From Anaeromyxobacteraceae bacterium (GTDB lineage Bacteria > Myxococcota > Myxococcia > Myxococcales > Anaeromyxobacteraceae): a stretch of 64,000 bases of DNA. The number at the start of each line of letters is the position of its first letter. Within the stretch, counting starts at the first letter, position 1. A program made the position numbers and the translations under genes. The notes below the pieces were generated by a model that was not told where the DNA came from, made no database searches, and worked only from the letters and a program-made list of their open reading frames with translations. This document shows positions 1 through 10,471 of the stretch, piece after piece. The stretch covers positions 896,001 through 960,000 of the forward strand of contig JASGHJ010000002.1 in NCBI GenBank assembly GCA_047602405.1, given 5' to 3'.

Positions 1-1256
1 CATGCCCGGCCAGACGCACGGCTCGTTCGCCGAGATCGTGCAGAACCGCCAGGTGCTCCAGCTCATGCAGCAGGCCCGGCAGCTCGGGATGCAGGACAAG
101 CCGCGCACCGGCGTCGTCGGCGAGGCCGAGAAGCTCGAGGAGCGGCTCGTCGCGATGCAGGACTTCCTCAACCGGGAGGCGATCCGCTCCATCCCGGTGG
201 CGAACGACCCCGTCGAGAAGTGGGGCGTCGCGACGGTGGGCGCGCCCGCCGAGCTCGCCGAGCTCGCGGCCGGCCCGCGCCTCCCCGGCTGGCCCACGGC
301 CCAGGACGTCGAGACCGAGCTCACCTACATGAAGGTGCGCCCGTCGCAGGTCGCGTGGATCGTGCTGCTCGCGTCGCTCGTGATCTCGATCCTCGCCTGG
401 AACGGCAAGTCGAAGCTCCTCGACGGCCTCGCGCTCGCGGGCCTCGTGCTCGGCTTCGGCGTGATGGCGTGGGGCATCGGCATGCGCTGGCAGGTGGCCG
501 GCCGCATCCCCGCGTCCAACATGTACGAGTCGCTGCTGTGGCTCGCCGCCGGCGTGGGGGCCTTCGCCATCCTGGCGTTCGCGATCCTGCGCAACCGGCT
601 CGTCGTGCTGAACGCGAACGCGATGGCCGCGATCGTGATGGCGCTGACGGACCTGTTGCCCATCGATCGCTTCATCCACCCGATGCCGCCCGTGCTCTCC
701 GGCACGCCGTGGCTCGCCATCCACGTGCCGATCATCATGATCGGCTACTCGGTGCTCGCGCTCGGCATGCTCATCGCGCACATCCAGGTCGGCTTCACGA
801 TCTTCGCCCCGCGGCGGACCGACCTCGTGGGGCGCATGGCGGACCTCAACTACTGGTACATGATGGTGGGGAACATCTTCCTCGCCGCCGGCATCCTCAC
901 CGGCTCGGTCTGGGCCGCCTCCTCGTGGGGCCGGTACTGGGGCTGGGATCCCAAGGAGGTCTGGTCGCTCGTCGCGCTCCTCGCGTACATGGCGATCCTC
1001 CACGGCCGGTTCGACAAGTTCATCGGCCAGTTCGGCGTGGCGGCGATCTCGCATCCTCGCCTTCCAGACCATCCTCATGACCTACCTCGGCGTGAACTTC
1101 GTGCTCACGACCGGCATGCACTCGTACGGCATGGGCGACTCGCCGGTCGTGATGTGGATGGTCATCGTGGCGCTCGCCGAGCTCTTCTACGTCGGCGCGG
1201 GCTGGCTCGCGCACCGCCGGAACGGCGGCGTCGACGCGCCCGCCGCGACGGCCTAG
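1..1256 (+). CDS. ccsA: Cytochrome c biogenesis protein CcsA/ResC (system II); 5' end outside window; +1 frameshift at ~1052
   Basis: Multiple TM helices and WWD motif 'WAASSWGRYWGWDPKEVW'. After ~1052 the conserved C-terminus 'ILAFQTILMTYLGVNFVLTTGMHSYG' continues in the next frame to TAG 1254-1256. Confidence 0.9.
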
Positions 1257-1307
1257 CCGCGGCGATCGAAGTCTCTCCCCGCCTCCGCAGGGCAGGGGAG
1301 TCCAGGG

Positions 1308-1342
1308 GAAAGGGGCCCGCGCTCCAATCGCGGGCCCCTTTC
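1308..1342. terminator. Intrinsic terminator-like hairpin after ccsA
   Basis: GAAAGGGGCCCGCG-ctccaat-CGCGGGCCCCTTTC, a perfect 14-bp stem. Confidence 0.75.
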
Positions 1343-1435
1343 GTGTCCTGCCGGCGCCTCGGCCTTGGCGTTGCGGAACTTGAATCCGGCAGATGTTGGT
1401 CGAGCAGGGCCCTCCACGCGCTGTATCCTCCGCGC

Positions 1436-2464
1436 GTGGATGACCTCGACGCTCGGCCAGAGGCGCGCCTGTTGCGGCAACTGGCGGTCCGGCGCCGTGC
1501 GAGCCCCGGGGAATCGTGGCTCGACGCGCTGATCGGAGCCTGGGTCGCCATGGGCCGACCTGGCGGCTTCACCCACGGCAACGCCGACTGGCACGATCTG
1601 ATCGAGAAGGCCCACGCAATGGGGGGCCCGGAAGCAGCCTTGCGGTTCCTTCTCGAGGAAGTCTCGCCGTTGCAGGCTCGGCTTGCGCGAGGTTGGCTTG
1701 GCGAGAATGTCGCCGATCGCGACGCCCTCGCGGCGCTCCGCGAGGCGGGGGAGACCCGCACGCTGGAGCGGCGCCTGTGGATCCTGGCGCTGCTGTCCAC
1801 CAGGCACCCGAGCGGCCCGGTGGGTGCGGAGACGGGCCGGGCGCGCGCTGGCCTGCTGAGGGAGCTCGCGGATTCTCGCCCTGACGACCTGAGGTTCTCC
1901 GCGGCTGCGATCCTCGATGGGGCTGCCGATGGGGCCGCACTCTCCGAGGCCCAGGTGAACGCGCTCCGCGAGGCGCTCGCGCGCCATCGGTCGATCTACG
2001 GCCTGGGAACGCTCTACGACGCCCTCGTCCGCGAACGTGCACCTCGGAGCGCCGCAGAGGCGCGGGGCTGCTTTGGCGACGCGGTCACGATGCTCCCGGA
2101 TGTGGTCCTGCCGCTCCTCATGCGGCTCGAGGCCACGCACGCGTCGCTCGGGGCGGCCCGAGGCGGCGCATTCCTTGAGGTCGCGGCAGGCGTCGCCGAG
2201 GCATTCCGGACCGCACCCATGATGTCGGAGCGGCTGATGGCCGTCGCCCTCGGCGAGAAGGTGGCGATGCTCCAGGGGGACGCGGCACGCCGACAGACGC
2301 TTGCTGCCGAGCTCGAGTGGCTCCGCTGGCTGTCGCGGCCCGCGAACCGTCTTCCCCTGGAATGGCCCCTCGAACCGCTCCAGCGGGACGTCGTCGACGC
2401 CGTGGCGCACGACGAGTGCGGCCTCTTCGAGCGGACGGCGCTCCCGCCGGGCGCCCGCCACTGA
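1436..2464 (+). CDS. Hypothetical helical protein (~342 aa)
   Basis: Open frame from GTG 1436 (VDDLDARPEARLL...) to TGA 2464 with protein-like composition. It is the distal part of the artefactual 820-aa ORF. Confidence 0.55.
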   Translation: MDDLDARPEARLLRQLAVRRRASPGESWLDALIGAWVAMGRPGGFTHGNADWHDLIEKAHAMGGPEAALRFLLEEVSPLQARLARGWLGENVADRDALAALREAGETRTLERRLWILALLSTRHPSGPVGAETGRARAGLLRELADSRPDDLRFSAAAILDGAADGAALSEAQVNALREALARHRSIYGLGTLYDALVRERAPRSAAEARGCFGDAVTMLPDVVLPLLMRLEATHASLGAARGGAFLEVAAGVAEAFRTAPMMSERLMAVALGEKVAMLQGDAARRQTLAAELEWLRWLSRPANRLPLEWPLEPLQRDVVDAVAHDECGLFERTALPPGARH

Positions 2465-2576
2465 CCGGCCCCCACCTGTCCGGGCCGCGCCCCGCGAGGA
2501 CGCGGCGCCCCGCGCCGGGGCGTCCCTCGACGAAGCGGTTGCCACGGGGCCCCCATCGGCCCCAACCTCTCGCGCC

Positions 2577-4025
2577 ATGGACCTCGAGATCCGGAGCCTG
2601 GCCGCCCGCGGGGTGGGGTTCGGCACGAGCGGCGTGCGCGCCACCGTCGACGCCCTCACCGACGACGTCTGCTACGCCTACGCCGCCGCCTTCCTGCAGG
2701 TGCTCGCGCGGAGAGGGCCCGTGCACCGGGTGGCGATCGGCCACGACCTGCGCCCCTCGAGCCCGCGCATCACCGCCGCCTGCGCCGCCGCCTGCCGCGA
2801 CGCGGGCGCCGAGGTGGTCCACTGCGGCGCGCTCCCGACGCCCGCGCTCGCCCACCACGCGATGGGGCTCGGCCTCCCGGCCATCGTGGTGACCGGCAGC
2901 CACATCCCCTTCGACCGGAACGGCATCAAGTTCTACGTGCCGGAGGGCGAGATCCTGAAGGACGACGAGGCGGCCATCACCGCCGCGAAGGTCCACCTCG
3001 ACGATCGCGCCTTCGACGGCAGCCGTCTGCGCTCGCCGCCGCCGCTCCCGCCGGTCGACCGGAGCGCGCTCGCGAGCTTCGTGAAGCGCTACGTCGGGTT
3101 CGTGCCCGCGGGCGTGCTCGCCGGGCGCCGGGTGGGCGTCTACGAGCACTCGAGCGTCGCGCGCGACGTCCTGAAGGAGCTCCTCGCCGCGCTCGGCGCC
3201 GAGGTGGTCTCGCTCGGCCGCACCGACACCTTCGTGCCGGTCGACACCGAGGCCGTCGGCGAGGCCGACGAGCAGAGGGCCCGCGCCTGGGTGGCGGAGC
3301 ACCGCCTCGACGCGCTCGTCTCGACCGACGGCGACGCCGACCGCCCGCTCGTGGCGGACGAGCAGGGCGAGTTCTTCCGCGGCGACCTCGTGGGCCTCCT
3401 CACGGCCCGCTTCCTCGGGGTCCGCACGGTCGTGACGCCGGTCTCCTCCAACACCGCCGTCGAGCGCTGCGGCGCGTTCGCGAAGGTCGTCCGCACCCGC
3501 ATCGGCTCGCCCTACGTCATCGCCGCGATGGGGGCCCCCGGCGCCGAGGCGCCGGTCGCCGGCTACGAGGCGAACGGCGGGTTCCTGCTCGCGAGCGAGA
3601 TCGTGCGCGGCGCGGCCCGCCTGGCGCCGCTCCCCACCCGCGACGCCGCGCTGCCGATCGTCGCGCTGCTCGTCGCGGCCGCGGAGCGGAAGGTCCCGCT
3701 CTCCGGGCTGCGCGCCGGCCTCCCGCCGCGGTTCACGGCGAGCGACCGCATCCAGAGCTTCGAGACCGCGCGGAGCCAGCGACTCGTCGCCGGGCTCCTG
3801 GGCGACCCGGCCGCGCTCGCCGCGTTCTTCCGGCCGCTCGGCGCGCCCGCCGGCGTCGACCGGACCGACGGCGTGCGCGTGACGCTCGCGAACGGCGAGA
3901 TCGTGCACCTGCGCCCGTCGGGCAACGCGCCGGAGCTGCGCTGCTACGCCGAGGCCGACTCGCCGGCGCGCGCGCGGGAGCTGTCGGCGTGGGGCCTCGC
4001 GGCGGCCAGGGCGGCCGCCGCGTAG
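2577..4025 (+). CDS. Phosphomannomutase/phosphoglucomutase
   Basis: FGTSGVR, catalytic 'TGSHIP', metal loop 'STDGDADR', 'YEANGG' and 'HLRPSGNAPELR' motifs. Confidence 0.92.
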   Translation: MDLEIRSLAARGVGFGTSGVRATVDALTDDVCYAYAAAFLQVLARRGPVHRVAIGHDLRPSSPRITAACAAACRDAGAEVVHCGALPTPALAHHAMGLGLPAIVVTGSHIPFDRNGIKFYVPEGEILKDDEAAITAAKVHLDDRAFDGSRLRSPPPLPPVDRSALASFVKRYVGFVPAGVLAGRRVGVYEHSSVARDVLKELLAALGAEVVSLGRTDTFVPVDTEAVGEADEQRARAWVAEHRLDALVSTDGDADRPLVADEQGEFFRGDLVGLLTARFLGVRTVVTPVSSNTAVERCGAFAKVVRTRIGSPYVIAAMGAPGAEAPVAGYEANGGFLLASEIVRGAARLAPLPTRDAALPIVALLVAAAERKVPLSGLRAGLPPRFTASDRIQSFETARSQRLVAGLLGDPAALAAFFRPLGAPAGVDRTDGVRVTLANGEIVHLRPSGNAPELRCYAEADSPARARELSAWGLAAARAAAA

Positions 4026-4039
4026 GCCCGGGCCCGGCG

Positions 4040-5368
4040 CTACGTCCCCGCGACCATCACGTTCTCGAACACCAGCGTCGGGATGCGGACGCTCGAGTAG
4101 GGGAACGGGTCGTCGCCGAGCGCCACGAGCCGCTTCCAGAGCTCGAGGTGGTTGCCGGAGACGTTCATCTCGCCGAACGGCGCGCCGACCTTGCCGCCCG
4201 CGATCTCGAAGCCCTGCACCCCGAACGAGAAGTCGCCGGTGGTGGCGTTCGAGTTGCCGCCCAGGAACGCGGTGACGAGGAGCCCGTCCTTCACGTCGGC
4301 GAGGAGCGCGTCGACCGGCCTGCCCTGGCCCGCGAACACGAGGTTCGAGGCGGAGCGGGTGGTGGGGTCCATCCCGAGCTTCCGGCCGTAGTAGTTGTCG
4401 ACGTAGTAGCTCTTCAGGACGCCCGCCTCGACCACCGGGAACCGCCGGGCCGCGAAGCCCTCGCCGTCGAAGAGGCGCGAGCCGAGCCCGCGCTTCAGGA
4501 ACGGATCGTCGGTGATGGTGAGCTTCTCGCTCGCGATCGCCTGCCCGAGCTTGCCGTCGAGGAAGCTGCGCTTCTGCTGCAGGGAGGCCGCGGTGAGCGA
4601 CTGGGTGAGCGAGCCCACGAGGCGCCCCGCCGCGCGCCGGTCGATGACGACGGTGCGCGCGCCCGTGGCCGCCTTCTTCGCGCCGATCCGCGCGACCGTG
4701 CGCTCCACCGCGCGCTTCCCGACCACGGCGGGGTCGCCGAGGTCGGCGAGGTGCCGGCCGAACGCGTAGTCGGAGTCCTCCGGGCGGCGGCCGTCCGGGT
4801 CCTGCACCGAGGCGGAGGCACTGAAGCTGTGGGCGGTGACGCGGCGGGTCCCCTCGAAGCCGTTCGAGTGGACGCGCGCCGTCTCGGCGAGCGCGTCGCC
4901 GTAGTCGGTGGAGACCGAGATGAGCGCCTTCGCGCCGGGGGCGGCGCGGGCGGCGGCCTCGAGCGCCTCGACGATGGCGCGCCGGCGCGAGGCGTCGATG
5001 CGGGCGTACGCCGCGTCCTCGAGCTCGAGGTCGAGCTTCTCCTGCCCGGCGTACCAGCGCGGGTCGGGCAGGGCGCGCGCGGCGTCCTTCGCGAGCACGC
5101 GGGCGAGCGCGACCGAGTCGTCCACGAAGCGCTCGAGCGCCTCGGGGCGCAGGTCGCTCGTCGAGACCGCCGAGTAGCGGCCCTCGACGTACAGCTCGAG
5201 CGAGAGGGCGCGGGTGGTGGCGTCGGAGAGCTTCTCGAGCTTCCCGTCGCGCCAGGTGAGGTCCACGTTGCGCTCGCGGGTCACCGAGGCGGCGGCCTCG
5301 GCGGCGCCGTGCTTCTTCGCGAGCGAGACCGCGGAGCGGGCCACGTCGATCAGGGCTGGGGTCTTCAC
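4040..5368 (-). CDS. pmbA: TldE/PmbA family protein
   Basis: GTG start after GAGGAG; 'SRLFDGEG', 'GGNSNATTGDFSFG' and C-terminal 'PTLVFENVMVAGT'. Confidence 0.88.
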   Translation of the reverse strand: MKTPALIDVARSAVSLAKKHGAAEAAASVTRERNVDLTWRDGKLEKLSDATTRALSLELYVEGRYSAVSTSDLRPEALERFVDDSVALARVLAKDAARALPDPRWYAGQEKLDLELEDAAYARIDASRRRAIVEALEAAARAAPGAKALISVSTDYGDALAETARVHSNGFEGTRRVTAHSFSASASVQDPDGRRPEDSDYAFGRHLADLGDPAVVGKRAVERTVARIGAKKAATGARTVVIDRRAAGRLVGSLTQSLTAASLQQKRSFLDGKLGQAIASEKLTITDDPFLKRGLGSRLFDGEGFAARRFPVVEAGVLKSYYVDNYYGRKLGMDPTTRSASNLVFAGQGRPVDALLADVKDGLLVTAFLGGNSNATTGDFSFGVQGFEIAGGKVGAPFGEMNVSGNHLELWKRLVALGDDPFPYSSVRIPTLVFENVMVAGT

Positions 5369-5388
5369 GGGTGTCTCCTCGGGTCGAG

Positions 5389-6958
5389 CTAGGCCTTGCC
5401 GGCGGCCGGCTTCTTCGCCTGGCCGCCGACGGTGATGGACGAGACGCGCACGGTGGGGATGCCCTGCGAGACCGGCACGCTCTGCCCGTCCTTGCCGCAG
5501 GTCCAGCCGCCCTCGTCGATGACGAGGTCGTTCGACACCATGTCGACCTTCTCGAGCACCTTGGGCCCGTTGCCGATGACGTTGATGTCCTTCACCGGGC
5601 GGGTGAGCTTGCCGTCCTCGATGAGCCAGCCGTTCTTGACGTAGAAGGTGAAGTCGCCCGAGCCGATCCGGACCTGGCCGTTCGTGAAGTTGTCGCAGTA
5701 GAGGCCGCTTCTTCACCGACTGGATGATCTCCTCCTTCGCGTGCGGGCCGGGGAGCATGTAGGTCGCGCGCATGCGCGGCATGGGCGCGAACTTGTAGCT
5801 CTCGCGGCGGCCGTTGCCGGTGGGGGCGACGCCGTAGTGCCGCGCGCTGATCGCGTCGTGCAGGTAGGTGGTGAGGACGCCGTTCTGGACGAGGTGGGTC
5901 GTGCCGGCGGCGTTGCCCTCGTCGTCCACGTTGATGGCGCCCCGGGCGCCCTCGATGGTCGCGTCGTCCACGATGTTCACGAACGGCGCCGCGATGGGCT
6001 TGTTGATCTTGTCCGAGTAGATCGACGTGCCCTTGCGGTTGAAGTCCGCCTCCATGCCGTGGCCGATGGCCTCGTGGAGGAGGATGCCGGACGACCCCGC
6101 CGCGAGCACCACCGGCATCTCGCCGGCGGGCGCGGGCACGGCCTCGAAGAGGATCGTCGTGCGGCGCACCGCCTCGGTGACGAGCCGGTCGAGCCGCTCC
6201 TTCGTGTAGAACTCCGGGCCGGAGCGCGCCGCGACGTTGTAGTAGCCCTGCTCGCGCTTCCCGTCCTGCTCGGCGATGCAGCTCACCACCGTGCGGGTCA
6301 TCGGCTGCACGTCCTCGGCGAGGCGGCCCGCGGAGTCGGCGATGAGCACCGCCCCGGCCTCGTCGCCGAAGGAGACGGTCACCTTCTTCACCCGGGCGTC
6401 GGCCGCGAAGGCCCGCTTCTCGAGGTCCTCGAGCATGGGGAGCTTGCGGGCGGGGCGCACCGCGTCCCAGGCGGTCCGCACCGGGTAGCGGTTCGGCAGC
6501 CTCGCGTCGACGTGGAAGCGCGCGGGGGCCTTGCGCGCCGGGCCGTCGGCGATGGCGGCGGCGGTGCGGGCGCACTCCTTGAGGGCGGCGGGCGAGAGGT
6601 CCTCGGTGAAGCCGTAGCCGGTCTGGTCGCCCTTCACGACCCGCACGCCGACGCCGAGCTCGACCTGGGTGAAGGCGCGGTTCACGGCGCCGTCCTCGAG
6701 CACGAGGTTGTTCGAGATGCGGTGCTGGAAGAACACGTCGGCCGTGTCGCCGCCGTGCGCGAGCGCCACGGCGAGCGTGTCGGCGATGAGCTTCTCCGTC
6801 ACGCCGAAGCGGGCGAAGTAGCCGATCCCGCCGGTGCGGGCCTCGGCCCGCGCCACGAGGAGGAGCTCGCTCGCGGAGAGCGCCGCGAGGCCGCCTCCGG
6901 TGAGCTCGAGGAACCGCCGGCGGCCGAAGCCGCCCCGACCGGACACGCGCTGCGCCAT
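5389..6958 (-). CDS. tldD: TldD metalloprotease with twin-arginine signal; +1 frameshift at ~5707
   Basis: 'LLHEAIGHGMEADF' HExxxH motif and 'PRMRATY'. After the shift the frame reads 'GLYCDNFTNGQV...WTCGKDGQSVPV'. N-terminus GRRRFL plus hydrophobic stretch. Confidence 0.9.
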
Positions 6959-7069
6959 GGATGCTCCTTCGAAGGAGGTGAGGCCTCCCGGAAAGGAGAC
7001 ACCATGGCCGAGCGCGTGACCGGGCGTCCCCCGCCCGGGCGGGGCGCCCCGGGGCGGGGTGCTCCGGAC

Positions 7070-7507
7070 TCAGGGATACGGGTTGTAGCCACCGCCACCG
7101 CCGGTGCCGCCGCTCGAGGCGCACGCGGTCGTGACGGTGTGGTCGTGCGCGGCGACGCCGATGCCGCCCATGGCGCAGGCCAGCGCGACCTGGGTGCCCG
7201 CCTTGATGCTCGCGAGCTGGGCGGAGGTCAGCGCGAGGGTGTGGTCGTGATCCGCCGTGCCCATGATCGAGTAGGCGTGGTCGAGCCCGTCGGCGAAGTC
7301 CGCCGCGGGGATCGCGAGCACGTGGCCGTGGTTGGCCGAGATCGACGCCGCCGTGCCGCCGTGGGTCGAGCAGTTCGGCTGGGCCTGCTGGCCGCCGCCG
7401 TCGTTGCCGCCGGTCGGGTCCGGCTCCGCGCCGCCGCCGCAGCCCGCGGCAAGTCCGGCCGAGCCGAGGATGATCACCTGGATGAACGCTCTGCGGCCTT
7501 CACGCAT
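7070..7507 (-). CDS. Tat lipoprotein with His-rich repeats (possible metal binding)
   Basis: 'GRRAF...LAAGC' signal and lipobox; NHGH, DHDH and HDH motifs. Confidence 0.7.
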   Translation of the reverse strand: MREGRRAFIQVIILGSAGLAAGCGGGAEPDPTGGNDGGGQQAQPNCSTHGGTAASISANHGHVLAIPAADFADGLDHAYSIMGTADHDHTLALTSAQLASIKAGTQVALACAMGGIGVAAHDHTVTTACASSGGTGGGGGYNPYP

Positions 7508-7638
7508 GGTCCTGCTCCTCCCGTGGGATGTGCTGCGCCTCGAGCGACCTCCACCCCCGGCGGGCGGTCCGCAGGACGATCCCGCTCGGGGCGCTCCCGG
7601 ATGGACGACGGCCCCCCGCCCGTGGTGTCCTCGGGGCC

Positions 7639-8127
7639 ATGCGGCTCCTCGGCGTCCTCCTGGCGCTCGCCGCCGCGGCCCTCGGTGGGTGCGCGGGCCT
7701 CCGGGCCGGCCGCGGCCCGACGCTCCTCGGCTCCGCGCCGGAGCTCGAGGCGGCCCTCGGCGAGGGCCACGCGGTGCGGGTCGTCATCCGCTACGCCCGC
7801 TGCACCCTCCGCGGCGCCGAGGGCGAGCGCCCCGGGCCCGACGTCACGGGCGGCATGACCGTGACCGCCTTCGAACGCTTCGCGGCGGGCACGGTGGGGA
7901 ACGCCGCCCCCTACCTCGCCACCTCCGCGAGCCAGCTCATCGCCCACCCGCGCCACGGCGCGGTCGTGAACTACGTGCGCCTCAGGGTCGAGGCGTCGGG
8001 CAAGGTCGAGGTGACCGCCCGGTACCTCCGCCCGCCCGCGCTGGAGGTCGTGATGGACGAGACCTTCACCTGCGCGCTCGACGCCGGCGCGGGCACCGGA
8101 GGGGTCGCGTTCTTCGCCGCGCGGTGA
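7639..8127 (+). CDS. VirK-family-like lipoprotein
   Basis: Lipobox LGGC; 'LEAALGEGHAVRVVIRYARC' and 'NYVRLRVEASGKVEVTARYL...FTC' resemble VirK (from memory of the family). Confidence 0.6.
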   Translation: MRLLGVLLALAAAALGGCAGLRAGRGPTLLGSAPELEAALGEGHAVRVVIRYARCTLRGAEGERPGPDVTGGMTVTAFERFAAGTVGNAAPYLATSASQLIAHPRHGAVVNYVRLRVEASGKVEVTARYLRPPALEVVMDETFTCALDAGAGTGGVAFFAAR

Positions 8128-8142
8128 GGTATCGTCCGGCGC

Positions 8143-9793
8143 ATGCACCTCGCGCTCCGGATGGTCCTCGGCCTCGCCGTTGCGCTCGTCCTGCCGCGGG
8201 TGCGGCCGGTGCTGCTCCTCGGCTTCTCGCTCCTCCTCGCCGCGACCGGGTTCGGGCTCCTCGTCCTGCGTGCGCCGCTCTCCATCGCGGCCGCGGCGGT
8301 GGTGGCCGGCGTGGCGATCGCCGGCGCGATCCTGCTCCCCCGGCTCCTGCCGCGGGCCCTCCTCTACCTCCTGCTCCTCGCGGGCTTCCTCCTGCCCGTC
8401 GTCCGCCTGCGCCCCGAGGGCACCGCCGCGCGGGTCCTCCTCTGGGCGGGCGTCGCCGCGGGCGCGTTCGTGCTCGTCCCCCTCGTGCGGCGCCACCCGC
8501 GCGGCCTGCTGCGGATCGGCGCGGCCATGCAGGGGGCGGCGATCGCGGTCTCCGGCACGGGGCACCCCGTCCTCTACGGCGCGGCCCTCGCCCTCGCCGT
8601 GCTCGTCGCCGACGCCATCCTCCGCCTGGGGGACGATCCCGAGCCCGCGCCGGAGCACGGGCCTCATCGGCTGGCGACCGCCTTCGCGCTCGGCCTCGGC
8701 GCCGCCGCCGCCGGGCTCGTCCTCGCGCTGCCGCGCCTCGCGGGCGAGCTCCCGGCGCCGCCGGCCCCGTCCGCGCAGGCCGCGGGCCTGCCTCCGCTGC
8801 CCTTCGACGCGCGCCGCGAGGCCGTGCGGGCCGCCGCGCCGGCGGGCGGGCTCGTCTGGCCGATCCTCTCCGAGACCGTGGCCTGGGACGAGCCCGGGCT
8901 CGATTCGACGCCTGTTCCCCATCTTCGACAACCTGGACGCCGTCTTCCTGGGCGGGAGTCGCGAGGGGCTCCAGAAGCTGCCGGGCACCGGGCCCTCGGG
9001 TCGGTTCAGCCTGCGCCCGGAGCTCGCCCGCGCCCGGCGGACCGCCGACCCCGCGGCGCTCGCGCGGCTGCGCGCCGCCGCGACCGCGACGGTCGGCGCG
9101 CTCGGCGACGTCCTCCCGCTGGTGCGCGCGGGGGCGAGGCAGGCGGAGGTCGGCGACGCGCTCCGGCGGGCGATGACCGCGCGCGGCTGCGGGCCGGAGT
9201 CGTTCCCGCCCATCGCGTCGTCGGGCAAGGCCGCCGCCGCGCCGCACGGCGACGGCAACCAGGGCGTGCTCGGCGCGGGCGAGGTCGTCGTCATGGACTT
9301 CGGCTGCTCGGTGGACCAGTACGCGAGCGACTTCACGCGCACGCTGCCGGTCGACGGCCGCTTCACGCCGCGGCAGCGCGTGCTCTACGACGCGGTCTTC
9401 GCCGCGCAGGCCGCGGCGCTCGCCGCGTGCAGGCCCGGGGTGCGCCTCGGCGGGAGGGGGAAGGGCGAGGGCGGCGAGAGCCTCGACGCGATCGCCCGCA
9501 AGGTCCTGCGCGAGCGCACGCCGGACCACGAGGAGCACATGCCCCACGGCCTCGGCCACACCGTCGGCCTCTTCGTGCACGACGTGATGCTCGAGGGCGC
9601 GCTGAAGGAGGGCGACGTCGTGACCATCGAGCCCGGGACGTACCTCGAGGGCGAGCTCGGCATCCGCATCGAGGACACCGTGCTCGTGACCGCGACCGGC
9701 TGCGAGCCGATCACCACGGGCTTCCCGGCAGACGCCGACGCCGTGGAGGCCGCGATGGCGAAGGTGGCGGCGGCGGGGAAGGGGAGGCCGTAG
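8143..9793 (+). CDS. Multi-TM membrane domain fused to M24 Xaa-Pro peptidase; +1 frameshift at ~8904
   Basis: About 8 hydrophobic helices at 8143-8750. The next frame has M24 metal ligands 'MDFGC...YASDFTRT', 'HGLGHTVGLFVHD' and 'TIEPG...GIRIED'. Confidence 0.75.
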
Positions 9794-9873
9794 GGGCCGG
9801 CGGCCCGTTACACTCAGTATCGTCCGCCGCCGCGCCCGTCCGGCGGTCCGTGGACTCGATCCCGTTCACCCCC

Positions 9874-9926
9874 CCGTTCGTCCCGAGCGTAGCCACCGCG
9901 CAGCGGTGGCGGAGACGAGGGACGGC
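9874..9926 (+). repeat. REP/MITE-like palindromic repeat, copy 1
   Basis: Matches the reverse complement of 30943-30995 at 50/53 nt; internal hairpin GCCACCGC-gca-GCGGTGGC. Confidence 0.85.
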
Positions 9927-9976
9927 CCTGGCACCTGCAGCCAGGCAACTTGAATTCGGCAGATTCTGAGGCGGCC

Positions 9977-10471
9977 GTGCACGAGCTCAAGTTCGACAGG
10001 TGGACCCTGCACGTCGACCCGGTCGCGACCGCGCTCGCCTACGAGAGCATCTCCCCCGGCCCGGAGGACTGCGGCTGCGACGAGTGCCGGAACTTCGCCG
10101 CGCAACGTGAGCGCATCTACCCACGCGAGTTCCTGGAGCTGTGCGCGCGACTCGGCATCCCGCCGGGCAAGGAGGGCGAGGTCTACGGGTGCGGGGGCGG
10201 GCAGGACGGGAGGCACTTCTACGGGGGCTGGTTTCACTTCGTGGGCAGCGTGGAGAACAGGGCTGAACTTGATTTCGGCAGGTCTCGGGGGAACGGGTCG
10301 CGTCACGTTCTTGCGATGGGACCTGCGCGCCTCCCGCGCCCCGCTCCGGAAGCCGAGGGTGACGATGGCGGCGCCGCCACTCAGCATCGGCGAGGCGTTG
10401 GGCGCGCGTGCGATGGACGTGTACTCGGGGTTCGTCTAGTCTGTAGCCCCCTGGACCGGGAGGCCGCGTGA
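9977..10471 (+). CDS. Hypothetical protein with CxCxxC motif (3' part uncertain)
   Basis: 'CGCDECRNF...LGI..GKEGE...YGGWFHFVG'; C-terminus degenerates after ~10280. Confidence 0.55.
   Translation: MHELKFDRWTLHVDPVATALAYESISPGPEDCGCDECRNFAAQRERIYPREFLELCARLGIPPGKEGEVYGCGGGQDGRHFYGGWFHFVGSVENRAELDFGRSRGNGSRHVLAMGPARLPRPAPEAEGDDGGAATQHRRGVGRACDGRVLGVRLVCSPLDREAA

Noticed and set aside
2..2464. 820-aa CcsA fusion ORF
   Set aside because: Created by the +1 indel at ~1052; the true CcsA stops at 1256 and a terminator lies between the two genes.
4040..6958. 972-aa TldD-TldE fusion
   Set aside because: The junction is off-frame nonsense caused by an indel at ~5707; each gene has its own stop or RBS.
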